Source: Flavobacteriales bacterium (GTDB lineage Bacteria > Bacteroidota > Bacteroidia > NS11-12g > UBA9320). Taken from it: 64,000 bases of DNA. The stretch lies in assembly GCA_020635455.1 (NCBI GenBank), contig JACJZT010000005.1, positions 137,358 to 201,357 on the forward strand, in the 5' to 3' direction. The notes beneath the pieces were generated by a model that worked only from the letters and a program-made list of their open reading frames with translations, did not search any database and had not been told where the DNA came from. The stretch's first letter is position 1; the number at the start of each line of letters is the position of its first letter. Both the position numbers and the translations under genes were made by a program. Positions 37,601 to 46,455 of the stretch are shown here, one piece after another.

Positions 37601-40405
37601 GCTAAATGAGATCGTTTCTATATGGTCACCGGATGCCCGATAACCGTATCCCGGAATTAAGGTATCCGAAGTTTTCAGGTCTGTAAAGCCCGAAATGGAA
37701 GCACCCGGATCAGGGTATTTCATTTTATGTTTATCCTTACCCGGTAAATTCCCGCCCGGGGCCAGATTTACAGGATTTGCCCATAAAGAGTAATCCATAC
37801 TGTCGGAGCAGAAATTTATTTTATCTACTTTATAAATCCCTCTCCCTGTTTGCCTGTAATTAATTCCCGGTAAAAGAATTCCGTTATGCAAAACATGCAG
37901 CGTTCCATTATTTAAGAATTCAGATTTAACGGTCAAACTGGAACCTTGGCCAATTGTGATCTTTGCTGCAGAATCAAGGATTATTTTACCGGCTTGTTCA
38001 TGTTTGTCGATGAATGGAAATCTGCTGACATTAAAGGGAATGTATGACTCAGGAACTTCAGAAGGTAATTTTCGGTTGCTCCAGTTTTTTCTTTCCCTCC
38101 AAAGTGAGTCCTTTTCACCGGTCCATCCGTTCTTAACCGTAAAAACTTCGGTCAATTCACCATAGGAAGGAAAGGAACCATTGTAACGATCGAAATCATG
38201 TATCTTGTTAAAATAAAATGAGTCAGGATGAAAACTGAACACCATACCAACTCCGTTTGAACCACCGTAGCTGCACATGCCGTATAAAAGTCCATTGTGC
38301 ACCTGAGTGAGGTTGCCCTTTGGGTATCTGCCGGTTTGATCGTTTTTAAAATTGAATACCTTTTTGATCGTTTGACTGGAATCGGAATAAGAAAAAAGAG
38401 TACCCGACCCATACGTGCCACCGTATTCGGTAGTTCCATAATATTTACCGTTGTAGCAATAGGTTAAACCTCCCTTGGGGCCGATTCCGCTTAAGGTATC
38501 GAAAAAGCTTGCCGCGATCTTTAAACTTGAGTCTGTGGGGTTATAAACAAAGACTGCACCGTGACCATACTTTCCTCCTGAACCGGTCAGTCCGAGTATT
38601 TTTCCCGAAGTGGTATAACTTAAATATCCATTCGGGTAATTTCCTGAAACCGTGTCCTGAAAATCCCCTAATTTGGCAAATGTTTTTGTTTTGGGATTAT
38701 AACAAAATAGGGTTCCGGTTCTGTTAAGTCCTCCCTGAAGCGTTGTGCCGTAAAGAATTCCGGACTCGTCGAATACAAGGTTCCCTATGGGTGCACTTCC
38801 GTCATTTCCGCCTTTAAACTCATATTCCCAATTAATCTGATTGCTTCCTGTATCAAATGAGAATATGGTTCCGTCATCATAATATCCTCCTTTAATAGTA
38901 AGACCCCAAATTTTGCCATCTTCTGACTGAATAAGTTTTGTTTTGGGACTATGTCCTTTGTCTCCTGTGTTTAAAAACTGATAAAGTATCTTTTTTTCGG
39001 AAGTTTTGGGGTTAATTGAATACAATACACCTAATTTTTCCTTTCCTCCTTCTAAGGTGGTACCGTACAATAATCCGTTGGAAGCGAGCATCAGGGATCC
39101 ATTATCATTATTCCCACCATAAGAAGTGTTGAATTCAAGAAGATTGTTGATCTTTCCGGATGAAGTATCAAAAGTGTAGATCATTCCACGGTTTATATGA
39201 ACACCCCCACCGGATGACAAACCGATCAATTTTCCATTCGACAGATTGCTTAGTGGGGAATACACCCTGCTGGGTTCTCCATATTTAAAACTCGTTTCAA
39301 GATTGTACGTGCTGGTTGGTATAATGGTAAAAACTCCACCTTGATTTGGGCTATGCCCATCATACGAACAGGTTCCGTAGAGTTTATTCCCAAGTCTTAA
39401 AAGCGAGCCAACAGGGTTGGCCAGGGTTACATAACCGCTCCATTGCTTAATAACTGAAAAATTGTGTTTGGAAGTGTCGATCGAAAAAACGGTTCCCGAA
39501 TACCCTTTCATAGTTCCGGGAGTAAGACCTCCGTTGGTTGCAATACCATACAATCGACCATTGGATGCCATTACTAACTTTCCTTTTGGATTTTCTCCGG
39601 TTGAATTGCCAAAACTGTAATACAAACTCACCTTATGTGTAGCGGTGTCTATCGAAAATATAGAGCCCGTTTTGGAATTGGTACCACCCTGGCTTGCAAC
39701 ACCATACAGCCTGCTGCCAACCTGAGTGAGCGTTCCGGTTGGATTTGCACCGTTGGTGTCGTTGAAATCATAAATTTTTGCAAAAGAATCCTTATTGACA
39801 TTATAGGAGAAAATAACTCCCTTGTTATAAATTCCGCCTGAATACGTCATGCCATAAAAAAGTTTATTTTCGGCCATGATGAGATCACCATAAGGGCTAC
39901 GGCCACTGGAAGTATCTTTGAAATGATGCAGAACTATGAAGGAGGCGCTGTCGGGAGAAAATCTGTATAAAACGCCATGATCGTATTTACCGCCTTTTGA
40001 GGTCATCCCGTAGCACTTTCCGTCTTTGGTCTGATAAAGGCTACCGTATGGTTCGCCTCCGTTTTGTCCGTTAAAAAAATGTACTGCTTTGTATTTGTTA
40101 CCAGCCGTATCGTATTGAAAAATTACACCAAGATCAAAAGGACCACCATAGGTGGCTGTGCCATAGAATTTACCATCTTTGGCATGCAGGAGGTCACAGT
40201 ATTGAGGCCTGCTTCCGGGATTTTCACCAAAGGAATGATGGCTGCGTTTTAGTTTTCCATCTAAACTTAAGGAAAATATCCCTCCACTTCCCGATTCGAA
40301 ACCAAGAGGTGTTGTTCCCCATAAACTGCTTTGTGCCGAAACATCTGCGCTGAATAAAAGGATTAGAAAAAACAGTATTGGGGCTGCTGGCTTTTTCGAA
40401 AACAT
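34634..40405 (-). CDS. giant secreted repeat protein: 14 GloVer (Gloeo_Verruco)-type repeats, a central region and five 146-aa Cys-modules, with no sorting domain
   Basis: A signal peptide starts at the ATG at 40405 (MFSKKPAAPILFFLILLFSADVSAQ). Repeats are of the type G.LYGTT..GG....G..F. The track ORF extends to 40507. Confidence 0.85.
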   Translation of the reverse strand: MFSKKPAAPILFFLILLFSADVSAQSSLWGTTPLGFESGSGGIFSLSLDGKLKRSHHSFGENPGSRPQYCDLLHAKDGKFYGTATYGGPFDLGVIFQYDTAGNKYKAVHFFNGQNGGEPYGSLYQTKDGKCYGMTSKGGKYDHGVLYRFSPDSASFIVLHHFKDTSSGRSPYGDLIMAENKLFYGMTYSGGIYNKGVIFSYNVNKDSFAKIYDFNDTNGANPTGTLTQVGSRLYGVASQGGTNSKTGSIFSIDTATHKVSLYYSFGNSTGENPKGKLVMASNGRLYGIATNGGLTPGTMKGYSGTVFSIDTSKHNFSVIKQWSGYVTLANPVGSLLRLGNKLYGTCSYDGHSPNQGGVFTIIPTSTYNLETSFKYGEPSRVYSPLSNLSNGKLIGLSSGGGVHINRGMIYTFDTSSGKINNLLEFNTSYGGNNDNGSLMLASNGLLYGTTLEGGKEKLGVLYSINPKTSEKKILYQFLNTGDKGHSPKTKLIQSEDGKIWGLTIKGGYYDDGTIFSFDTGSNQINWEYEFKGGNDGSAPIGNLVFDESGILYGTTLQGGLNRTGTLFCYNPKTKTFAKLGDFQDTVSGNYPNGYLSYTTSGKILGLTGSGGKYGHGAVFVYNPTDSSLKIAASFFDTLSGIGPKGGLTYCYNGKYYGTTEYGGTYGSGTLFSYSDSSQTIKKVFNFKNDQTGRYPKGNLTQVHNGLLYGMCSYGGSNGVGMVFSFHPDSFYFNKIHDFDRYNGSFPSYGELTEVFTVKNGWTGEKDSLWRERKNWSNRKLPSEVPESYIPFNVSRFPFIDKHEQAGKIILDSAAKITIGQGSSLTVKSEFLNNGTLHVLHNGILLPGINYRQTGRGIYKVDKINFCSDSMDYSLWANPVNLAPGGNLPGKDKHKMKYPDPGASISGFTDLKTSDTLIPGYGYRASGDHIETISFSGIANNGKVHKQVFKDTGTKFFNLLGNPYPGPINAGKFLDLNSKTLDRVLYLKTFGTDSTGKSLDEILTINDICGSGQGIFNTDLQLNNADIGTATGFFAIALKNDSAIFDNSLRNKELPSYNTLTSSGTYQTLNLKLITKDSFYSQTVCAFSNSSTDGYNAGQDAPHLGTTAELSLFSLMDSLNMAIQSFAPVDSSKTIPLGMICKRSGEYTFELFSTLAKDYHRIYLDDKDSNKLYEFSKASVKVRMDSSRNIQKRFKLRIDRILPKVEVVRNNTCKGDTAVFRVQSPNPQFRYQWVFNGKAIPSDTLEAFKSLQSGKLVLRQTYSDSEYDETDAISVIVNELPQKPALKRKVAVIEAGTSYFKYQWFQDHTLIKDSISHSLTLLKPGKYSCMVTDTNTCINYSDTLTMEKVETEVIENNVCIGNKGGLKVKIPETGFKYVWEIDGKISSDNGLSLWVLQNADIRLIMHHQTGYRDTSITQKIFFRNTPLKPVLSSSTGKLNAGNTYFSYQWYRNEVPLKKDTLYELAYPQSGTYFCRVMNSEGCENYSDSAEIKRTLIKTILNNVCTGDTAGFEISEIKNGFHYNWVLNEKVNKTDTFNIFRTINGGDLVLIESNSFGYSDTSLPVAVTFRPLPEKPLIKLKDAKLNVDTVYHRYQWYGNSSKLLSDTNQFLNLADTGIYSCKVSNNEGCSITSADHAIHGVKIVENKNRVCFGDTATFEVPELKDGFRYKWVFNQKILNSDTSKRIHLPDSGEIRILEYNSFGYSDTSKPLNVLVYSLPSMPVISLEKAQLSVENGKFKYTWFRDGILLNGNDSQKCNVEFKGTYTCIVYNGQGCKSESAPFIVVPASIKEIKNKVCQGDSTVFKISSYKAGFKYEWVFKDTVRSTSSDSIFISQLPGKLKLRETNEYGYFEEKDSTELIVKLLPVAGKLTFSNGKLFAGENFDSYLWHKNGNEIMGNNKPECSPDGPGRYFVILNGCFRRSKEF
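34637..36802 (-). repeat. five tandem modules of about 146 aa (VC.GDTA.F..., F.Y.W, Y.YQW, G.Y.C.V.N..GC..S)
   Basis: Module boundaries lie near aa 1236, 1381, 1527, 1673 and 1819 of the track ORF. Identity is at the protein-motif level, so these are not recent nucleotide duplicates. Confidence 0.65.
38138..40327 (-). repeat. 14 tandem protein repeats of about 52 aa (GloVer type) at the coding level
   Basis: The cores GKFYGTATYGGPFDLGVIFQYD, GLLYGTTLEGGKEKLGVLYSIN, GKYYGTTEYGGTYGSGTLFSYS and similar recur every 50-53 aa from aa 61 to about 790 of the track ORF. Confidence 0.65.
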
Positions 40406-40571
40406 TCTTTTCAATGTGGTCTCAAAGAAAGTTAAAAACATGGTTCCATACCAAGGGTGTTTGGGCTTCAAAGCATCCGAAAAACATTTTATGACAGAAG
40501 AAAGCATAAATTTACCTTAAGATGAAGGTTCGAAAGTTTTTCGGGTTTTGGAAAACCATTTCACCGGAATC

Positions 40572-40778
40572 TTAGTTGCGGTTCTCCAGTTTCTTTCGCT
40601 GACGCTTTCGGAAAAAGTACATAAAGAAGGCTGTAAAGGCAATGACGCCAAAAATTTGAAAATGCTGGTTTTTAAACCCTCCTTCCATATATCCGACGGC
40701 CATTTCAATAATTGAAACAGCTGCAACTCCTAACCACATTAATTCTATAATTCTTCTGATTTTCATTTTTATGATCAT
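40572..40778 (-). CDS. 68-aa two-helix membrane protein
   Basis: Two hydrophobic segments and a basic tail (RKRQRKK). Its ATG overlaps the lptC stop as ATGA. Confidence 0.4.
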   Translation of the reverse strand: MIIKMKIRRIIELMWLGVAAVSIIEMAVGYMEGGFKNQHFQIFGVIAFTAFFMYFFRKRQRKKLENRN

Positions 40779-41317
40779 TTAACCGATAAAGTTCCCTGAA
40801 GGTTTTTTATCCGGTATCGTGTAAAATTCTGATCCGACTCAAATCCGGTCCCGTACAGAATTTCATCAGCAGTCTTTATTTTGATGAAATTATCGGTATA
40901 GATCTTTTCCTGTCGCTGGTCCCAAATCAGTTTTTCCGTTTCCAATTCTTCGCCGATCGAATTTACAACGTGAACGTTGTTTCGCACTTCAATTATCTTC
41001 CTAACCTCATAACTTATGGCATAATTGGCTCTCAGCGAGCTTTCAACTTTACCGCTCCTATTGTAAAATTTCCCTTTTACCCCTTTTTTCATTTCCATAT
41101 AAGGCTCCGTTTTTTGAGGGTATCTTTCCATGAGTGGAGAAATGACCTTTGCCTTTAAAAATCCTGAATCGGTATAGGTCAGTACCACATCGGTTGCCCT
41201 TTCTACACCGGGGTTGGCATTAATGCTTTTTACTTTTTTTAATTTCTCGGCATCCTTGCTGCACGATACCAACAGTACCGAAAATAAAAAGAATAAATAC
41301 ACTGCTAACCTGCACAT
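40775..41317 (-). CDS. lptC: LPS export protein LptC-like lipoprotein
   Basis: Lipobox LLVS|C. 180 aa with the Bacteroidota LptC-like pattern (..VVLTYTDSGFLKAKV..P.M..Y). The position after coaX and an OM protein matches recalled synteny. Confidence 0.55.
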   Translation of the reverse strand: MCRLAVYLFFLFSVLLVSCSKDAEKLKKVKSINANPGVERATDVVLTYTDSGFLKAKVISPLMERYPQKTEPYMEMKKGVKGKFYNRSGKVESSLRANYAISYEVRKIIEVRNNVHVVNSIGEELETEKLIWDQRQEKIYTDNFIKIKTADEILYGTGFESDQNFTRYRIKNLQGTLSVK

Positions 41318-41323
41318 AACGCT

Positions 41324-42655
41324 CTAGTTGAACAGTCTTTTGTTAAACCAGCTGTCTGAAAAATTTAAGCCTAGCGTAATCCTGAAAAAATCTTCGCGAA
41401 TCAGGTTATCCTTTTGGGTCCCACGCGTTACATATTCACCGGTTACAAAGATCCTTGAAGTAATTCGCACCCTGGTACCATCCGGCTTTTTATGCATTTT
41501 AACAAAAGGAAAACCCAATCCGGCTGAAAATCCCGTCTCGCTGATTTTGGTATCGTTGATGTTAATGTATCCGGTATTGTGATTGACACCTACAGAGTAA
41601 CGGATGCTTTTGAGGTAATTCTGTATTTTATTGTCCTTCACCGTTCTGTCGTAAATCGGCTGAGGACATATAAAAAACCCCAGTGAATACTTCTGATCGT
41701 TGCTGAAATTGGAATTATCGTTAAAAATATTTCTATACTGACTCCAGTTGGTATTTTTAAAACCTGCCATCAATTGCCACTTTTCCTGATTTCCAACTGC
41801 ATAGGACAGACTTATGGAAGATGGAATTTTCACGGTGGCATTATTGCCCCGGATGTTTAAAATAGTATCCCACAATACTTCCGTGGATGTAAAATATTCA
41901 GTATACGTATACGCAAAACGATCAACTTCACCTTTAAGTTTAGTTCCGGTGGTAAATACCAAGCCTAAAATATGTCGGGTTCCGGAATCTTTATTCAGGT
42001 GGATCTGCATACCAAGATCAAACTGGCTTCCTTTGAGAAAAATGGAATTCTCTTCGGCATAGCTGGTCATAAACCTACTGCCGGGATATCTTCTTCTTTG
42101 TGTTTCCGAAACCTGACCAAAGAGATAGGAATAATTAAAGCCTACACTGATGTTCGGATGAATTTCAGAAGCAAAACCCAGATTGAATCTTGATAATCCT
42201 CCATTTCCTTCAAATTCATTTCTTAGTGAGATACCTGAAGAATCCTTAATGTTGACGATGTTATAACCTACATCCGAAAAAGGTAGTAGCCCAATGGCAA
42301 GTCCTCCGCGCAATTTTTCAACCGGCACCCCTAGTGCGATGTTGTTGAATCCTGAATTGGTAAACTTTTGACTCTCCGCTGAATTCGAAACATTTCCAAG
42401 GTCCATGTAAGTAGCCACATTGAAAGCGCTTTGTTTAAGTGCAGATAGCGACGCCGGGTTGTCAAAGGAAAAATTTCCCTCGAAACGATAAGCGCCTCCA
42501 TTTCTTCCTACCGCAATGTTGTCTGCAAAACCTGAGTAATGAGGAACCCCTATGCCAAACAGCGAATACGGAGATCGAAAGTTTTGTTGAGCACCCGCCT
42601 GAAAGGAAAAACCGAAAATAAATAAAAAGGACGCTAATCTATACTTCAGGTGCAT
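41324..42655 (-). CDS. putative outer-membrane beta-barrel (porin/FadL-like) protein
   Basis: Signal peptide ..FQAGAQ. 443 aa, rich in Gly, Asn and aromatic residues in alternating strands. Confidence 0.5.
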   Translation of the reverse strand: MHLKYRLASFLFIFGFSFQAGAQQNFRSPYSLFGIGVPHYSGFADNIAVGRNGGAYRFEGNFSFDNPASLSALKQSAFNVATYMDLGNVSNSAESQKFTNSGFNNIALGVPVEKLRGGLAIGLLPFSDVGYNIVNIKDSSGISLRNEFEGNGGLSRFNLGFASEIHPNISVGFNYSYLFGQVSETQRRRYPGSRFMTSYAEENSIFLKGSQFDLGMQIHLNKDSGTRHILGLVFTTGTKLKGEVDRFAYTYTEYFTSTEVLWDTILNIRGNNATVKIPSSISLSYAVGNQEKWQLMAGFKNTNWSQYRNIFNDNSNFSNDQKYSLGFFICPQPIYDRTVKDNKIQNYLKSIRYSVGVNHNTGYININDTKISETGFSAGLGFPFVKMHKKPDGTRVRITSRIFVTGEYVTRGTQKDNLIREDFFRITLGLNFSDSWFNKRLFN

Positions 42656-43361
42656 TGTGTTTTAAGATGTGATATAGTCCTTTCAAGACGAGATTTGAAT
42701 CCGCAAATATCGTACCTTTAAGCTTATCAGAAAAGTAAGAAGCGTCTCCGCCCGTCATAATTATGTTTAATCCTTTATGATCCTTTTCATAATGGTCAAT
42801 AAACCCTTGCATCTCGGATTGTAAGCCATACATCACCCCACTTAGAATTGCCTCATCTGTACTCTGACCCAAGGGTGAATACTTCAATTTTTTTGAGATA
42901 AGTGGCAGCCTTCCTGTAAAATCATTCAGAGACCTGAAACGAATGTCCAATCCGGGCGAAATGCTTCCGCCGGAATATTCACCTCTGAAATTTACAAAAT
43001 CATACTTTACGCAGGTTCCTGCATCGATCACCAGATTGTTTTGATTTGGGTAAAGTGACCATGCAGCAATAACAGAAGCAAGCCGATCGTTTCCGAGCGT
43101 TTCCGGTGTTTTATATAAGTTCCTTATTGGCAATTTTGTGTGATGATTTAATAGAATTAAAGTGTTGAATCTATCGTAGAACGGCGTTGTGTCGGCATTT
43201 GTTACATTAGAAATAATAACGGGTATGCTTTTTTCAACTTCATTGCAATACCATTGCAAACCTTCCATATTCTCAAAATGAAACGTGTTTTGCAGAGTAC
43301 CATCCTTAAATACAGCTGCTTTAATTCGGGTATTTCCTATATCAATACATAAACTAATCAA
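42639..43361 (-). CDS. coaX: type III pantothenate kinase
   Basis: LCIDIGNTRIK, VIDAGT, and GGDA near the C-terminus. Confidence 0.9.
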   Translation of the reverse strand: MISLCIDIGNTRIKAAVFKDGTLQNTFHFENMEGLQWYCNEVEKSIPVIISNVTNADTTPFYDRFNTLILLNHHTKLPIRNLYKTPETLGNDRLASVIAAWSLYPNQNNLVIDAGTCVKYDFVNFRGEYSGGSISPGLDIRFRSLNDFTGRLPLISKKLKYSPLGQSTDEAILSGVMYGLQSEMQGFIDHYEKDHKGLNIIMTGGDASYFSDKLKGTIFADSNLVLKGLYHILKHNAPEV

Positions 43362-44109
43362 AACTAACTTCCTTGTGATTAAATGCAGTTATAATATCGT
43401 TCCTCTCTATAAGCAATTGCCCTTTTTCATTAACCTTTACGATGCTTCCTTCAAATCGTCCTTCCCTGCTGCGAAAATACCGCTTTATATTGCTTTGGTA
43501 TAAAGCTTCATTGTATTCCTTCAAAATTTTCGATTCTTCCTCCCCTCCTATGAAGGCCATCTTTTTATTCAATTCATTCAGCGTTAATAAGAACACCTCT
43601 TCGGTTTGAAGCTTCTTTCCTTTTACTGTGTAAATTGAACATGCGGAATTTAGCGTATCGGGAAAAGAATCTTCATTAACATTTATTCCCGCACCCAGGA
43701 TCATGTGCTTTATCAAATGGCAAGTTAAGACGGTTTCAATTAATACACCCGCTATTTTTTTATCCGATACATAAATGTCGTTAGGCCATTTAACGGTGAC
43801 CTCTTCCGAAAGATATAATTTTAATACTTCACGGATAGCCAGGGAAACCGACATATTAAACAGGGATAATTTTTCTGCCGGAACGTTCAAATCCTTACAA
43901 ATAACACTGAATAAAACATTTTTATCCTTTCCCGAATGCCATACGTTTCCGGGCATTCCTCTTCCGGAAGACTGATAAGCTGCCCGAATCACCTCACCAT
44001 GTATGGCATTACCCGATCTTAGCCGATCGTATGCATAAGAATTGGTAGATTCAATTTCCTGAAAAAAATGAATGTTGTGATTCTTGAAAAAAAACGCATT
44101 GTCAGGCAT
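43354..44109 (-). CDS. birA: biotin--[acetyl-CoA-carboxylase] ligase (group I, no HTH)
   Basis: GRGMPGNVWHS (GRGRxGRxW-type motif), KWPNDIY and GAGINV. Confidence 0.85.
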   Translation of the reverse strand: MPDNAFFFKNHNIHFFQEIESTNSYAYDRLRSGNAIHGEVIRAAYQSSGRGMPGNVWHSGKDKNVLFSVICKDLNVPAEKLSLFNMSVSLAIREVLKLYLSEEVTVKWPNDIYVSDKKIAGVLIETVLTCHLIKHMILGAGINVNEDSFPDTLNSACSIYTVKGKKLQTEEVFLLTLNELNKKMAFIGGEEESKILKEYNEALYQSNIKRYFRSREGRFEGSIVKVNEKGQLLIERNDIITAFNHKEVSFD

Positions 44110-44113
44110 AGGA

Positions 44114-44121
44114 CAAAGTTA
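44114..44121 (-). promoter_or_regulatory. -7 box (TAACTTTG) upstream of birA
   Basis: Plus-strand CAAAGTTA. On the minus strand the box ends only 4 nt before the birA ATG at 44109. Confidence 0.3.
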
Positions 44122-44264
44122 CGTTCATCCGATCACTCTTGGGAATGGAATTCTTATTAATGCCTTCTAATCTTAAATTGAAAATAATTTAACAATTATA
44201 TCAGGTTCAATTCATAGAATTTTGCGACTTTTGTGTTTTAAATAGTTAAGAACCTAAATACTGA

Positions 44265-44636
44265 ATGTTGAAAAAAGCCGATCCGGGCGTTATACTGGCC
44301 GAAATTGCAGTAAAAGGAATGCAAGAAAAAAAGGCCAAAAAAATTTTAAAAATTGATCTGAGGAAACTGGGGATATCCATCGCAGACCTTTTTGTAATTT
44401 GTCACGGTACCTCCGATAAACAAGTAGATGCCATCGCAGATTCTGTTGAAGAAGAGATCCGAAAGGCAACCGGTGAAAAGCCTTTTAGCAGGGAAGGATT
44501 TCAAACAGCCGAATGGATCATACTCGATTATGTGAACGTGGTGGTCCACATTTTTAATCCTGAAAAAAGGCAATTTTACTCTCTCGAAGACCTTTGGAGT
44601 GATGGTGAGCACACCGAATACCCCGACCTTGATTAA
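44265..44636 (+). CDS. rsfS: ribosome silencing factor RsfS
   Basis: 123 aa with D.FVICHGTS..QV.AIA..V and W..LDY..VVVHIF. Confidence 0.9.
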   Translation: MLKKADPGVILAEIAVKGMQEKKAKKILKIDLRKLGISIADLFVICHGTSDKQVDAIADSVEEEIRKATGEKPFSREGFQTAEWIILDYVNVVVHIFNPEKRQFYSLEDLWSDGEHTEYPDLD

Positions 44637-45412
44637 AGTTTTAGGATACGTCCTGAGTATACCGGATCGCCCTTCGGGTTCAATACCCTAACAACATATT
44701 CACCTTTAACTTCCCAACGCATGTCGAATGTATTTTTGGCGAATCGCAGATATTCCCTGCGGATAAATTTTCCATTCCGATCGTATAACTCCAAAACGTA
44801 TGGATCTGCAACTTCCTGATTTATCAACACTGTTAACTCTTCAACCACAGGATTTGGATAGGTTTTCAGACTCAAAACGGCCGTATTAAGAACTTCCGGG
44901 GCTCCTTCATCCAGTTTTAGATCTTTCACATAGTTCTTCATAGACAGTACCACGGAGTCTTCAACGTTTACCATTTCAGTAAACCTGTATTCTTTTAAAA
45001 GAGTTAGCTGTTTGTTACTTTTTATGAACTTTGGCGGGTACATTACCACGACCAATACCGGAAGTTGCCGGTCCTTTCCCCTGTCAAATGAGATCTCCCT
45101 TATGACCACATCACCATACCCTTCAGCCTGAATACGAAGTGCTCTATCTTGAATCTCGGAATGGATGAACCTACCCATACTTGAATAAAAAATAAACCTG
45201 TTCGTATCCGAAACACCCTTTCTGTATTCAAACATGTTTTTGGATTTAGGGAACGAATCTTTTCCGTAAAATTGCCAAACCCTGGCATGTACAATCGGAT
45301 TGAAATTTTCATCTACCACCCTTAAATAACCGATTTTCCATACCGGACAGGCAAAGGAAAAGGTCGTTAGAAACAAGGATAAAAATGCTGCTAAAACGTA
45401 ATTCTTTTTCAT
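44633..45412 (-). CDS. hypothetical T9SS type A cargo protein
   Basis: Signal peptide. C-terminus LKTYPNPVVEELTVLI...GEYVVRVL...GRILKL. Preceded by AGGAGG with a 5-nt spacer. Confidence 0.6.
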   Translation of the reverse strand: MKKNYVLAAFLSLFLTTFSFACPVWKIGYLRVVDENFNPIVHARVWQFYGKDSFPKSKNMFEYRKGVSDTNRFIFYSSMGRFIHSEIQDRALRIQAEGYGDVVIREISFDRGKDRQLPVLVVVMYPPKFIKSNKQLTLLKEYRFTEMVNVEDSVVLSMKNYVKDLKLDEGAPEVLNTAVLSLKTYPNPVVEELTVLINQEVADPYVLELYDRNGKFIRREYLRFAKNTFDMRWEVKGEYVVRVLNPKGDPVYSGRILKL

Positions 45413-45527
45413 ATATACCTCCTATTTTATAACTAAGTTAGAGGAATATTATTGTTTATCAGGATCGTTTTTACAAATGGCTTTGCCCGGTTTACAAGCT
45501 AGAAAAAAAACTCGGGCCTATTAAAGA

Positions 45528-46418
45528 TTAGGTAACACGACCCGGGATCTCATCGGGTTTCCGCTTTCGCTTCCATCGTTTGTGTGTCCACAGCCAGAAC
45601 TGCGGTGCATTGAGAATGTCTTTTTCAAGCCGGCGTGTGTGTATTTCGCTGATCTCACCTTCCTTCATTTGGGATGGGTCGTGCACGAGTACTTCAGCAC
45701 GCATTTCATAATAACCCCTTCTTACTTTAGATACGCTGATAAATACAACCGGATAATTGTATTCCCTTGAAAACTTTTCTGTTCCGATCAGAATTGCGGT
45801 TTCCTGATTTAAAAATCGGGTCCAGTATACTTTTTTACTGTGGGTTGGTGACTGATCGGTGGCAAAAATGGTCGCTGTAATTCTATCCTTATTTCCCTCC
45901 AAACCAAGTCTTACTTGTCGGTTTGACAAAAGATCGATCCCAAACTTCCCTCGACTTTCTAAAAATTTCTCGTTGAAGAACGAATTGCTCATGGGTGTAT
46001 ATATCCCGACCACATCATGCTTTAGCTGCTGACCCAGAATGCAGCCATTCATTTCCCAGTTTTGGTAATGGCCACCGGTAATAAGGATGCTTTGACCTTT
46101 TTCAAAATATTCATCAACCACTTCTGCATTGAGCAGAATAGCCCGTTTGTTGAGTTCGGCGGTTGTTAAACTAAACATTTTTATGCTTTCCACGATCAGG
46201 TCGCAAAAATGCATATAAAACTTTTTTTCGATGGATTTAATGTCAGACAGATCTTTGTCAGGAAAAGAGTTCTTCAGGTTTCCACGAACCACTTCCTGCC
46301 GGTATCCAATCAATTTATAGATCACCAGATACAGGAAATCCGAAAAAATATATAAGACCCTGTGCGGCAGGTAAGACATTGGCTTGAGAATCAAATAAAA
46401 AAGTAATCTACTTAACAT
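45528..46418 (-). CDS. lipid A biosynthesis (LpxL/HtrB-family) acyltransferase
   Basis: N-terminal TM helix and an HX4E acyltransferase motif in GGHYQNWE. 296 aa. Confidence 0.7.
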   Translation of the reverse strand: MLSRLLFYLILKPMSYLPHRVLYIFSDFLYLVIYKLIGYRQEVVRGNLKNSFPDKDLSDIKSIEKKFYMHFCDLIVESIKMFSLTTAELNKRAILLNAEVVDEYFEKGQSILITGGHYQNWEMNGCILGQQLKHDVVGIYTPMSNSFFNEKFLESRGKFGIDLLSNRQVRLGLEGNKDRITATIFATDQSPTHSKKVYWTRFLNQETAILIGTEKFSREYNYPVVFISVSKVRRGYYEMRAEVLVHDPSQMKEGEISEIHTRRLEKDILNAPQFWLWTHKRWKRKRKPDEIPGRVT

Positions 46419-46455
46419 TATTTGGTTTTATGATTTGATCCCGGACACATCTTTT

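Noticed and set aside
45480-45527. GCCCG...CGGGC inverted repeat downstream of the lpxL-family gene
   Set aside because: It is a 5-bp stem with a 22-nt loop, and the A/T run lies inside the loop, so this is not a credible terminator.
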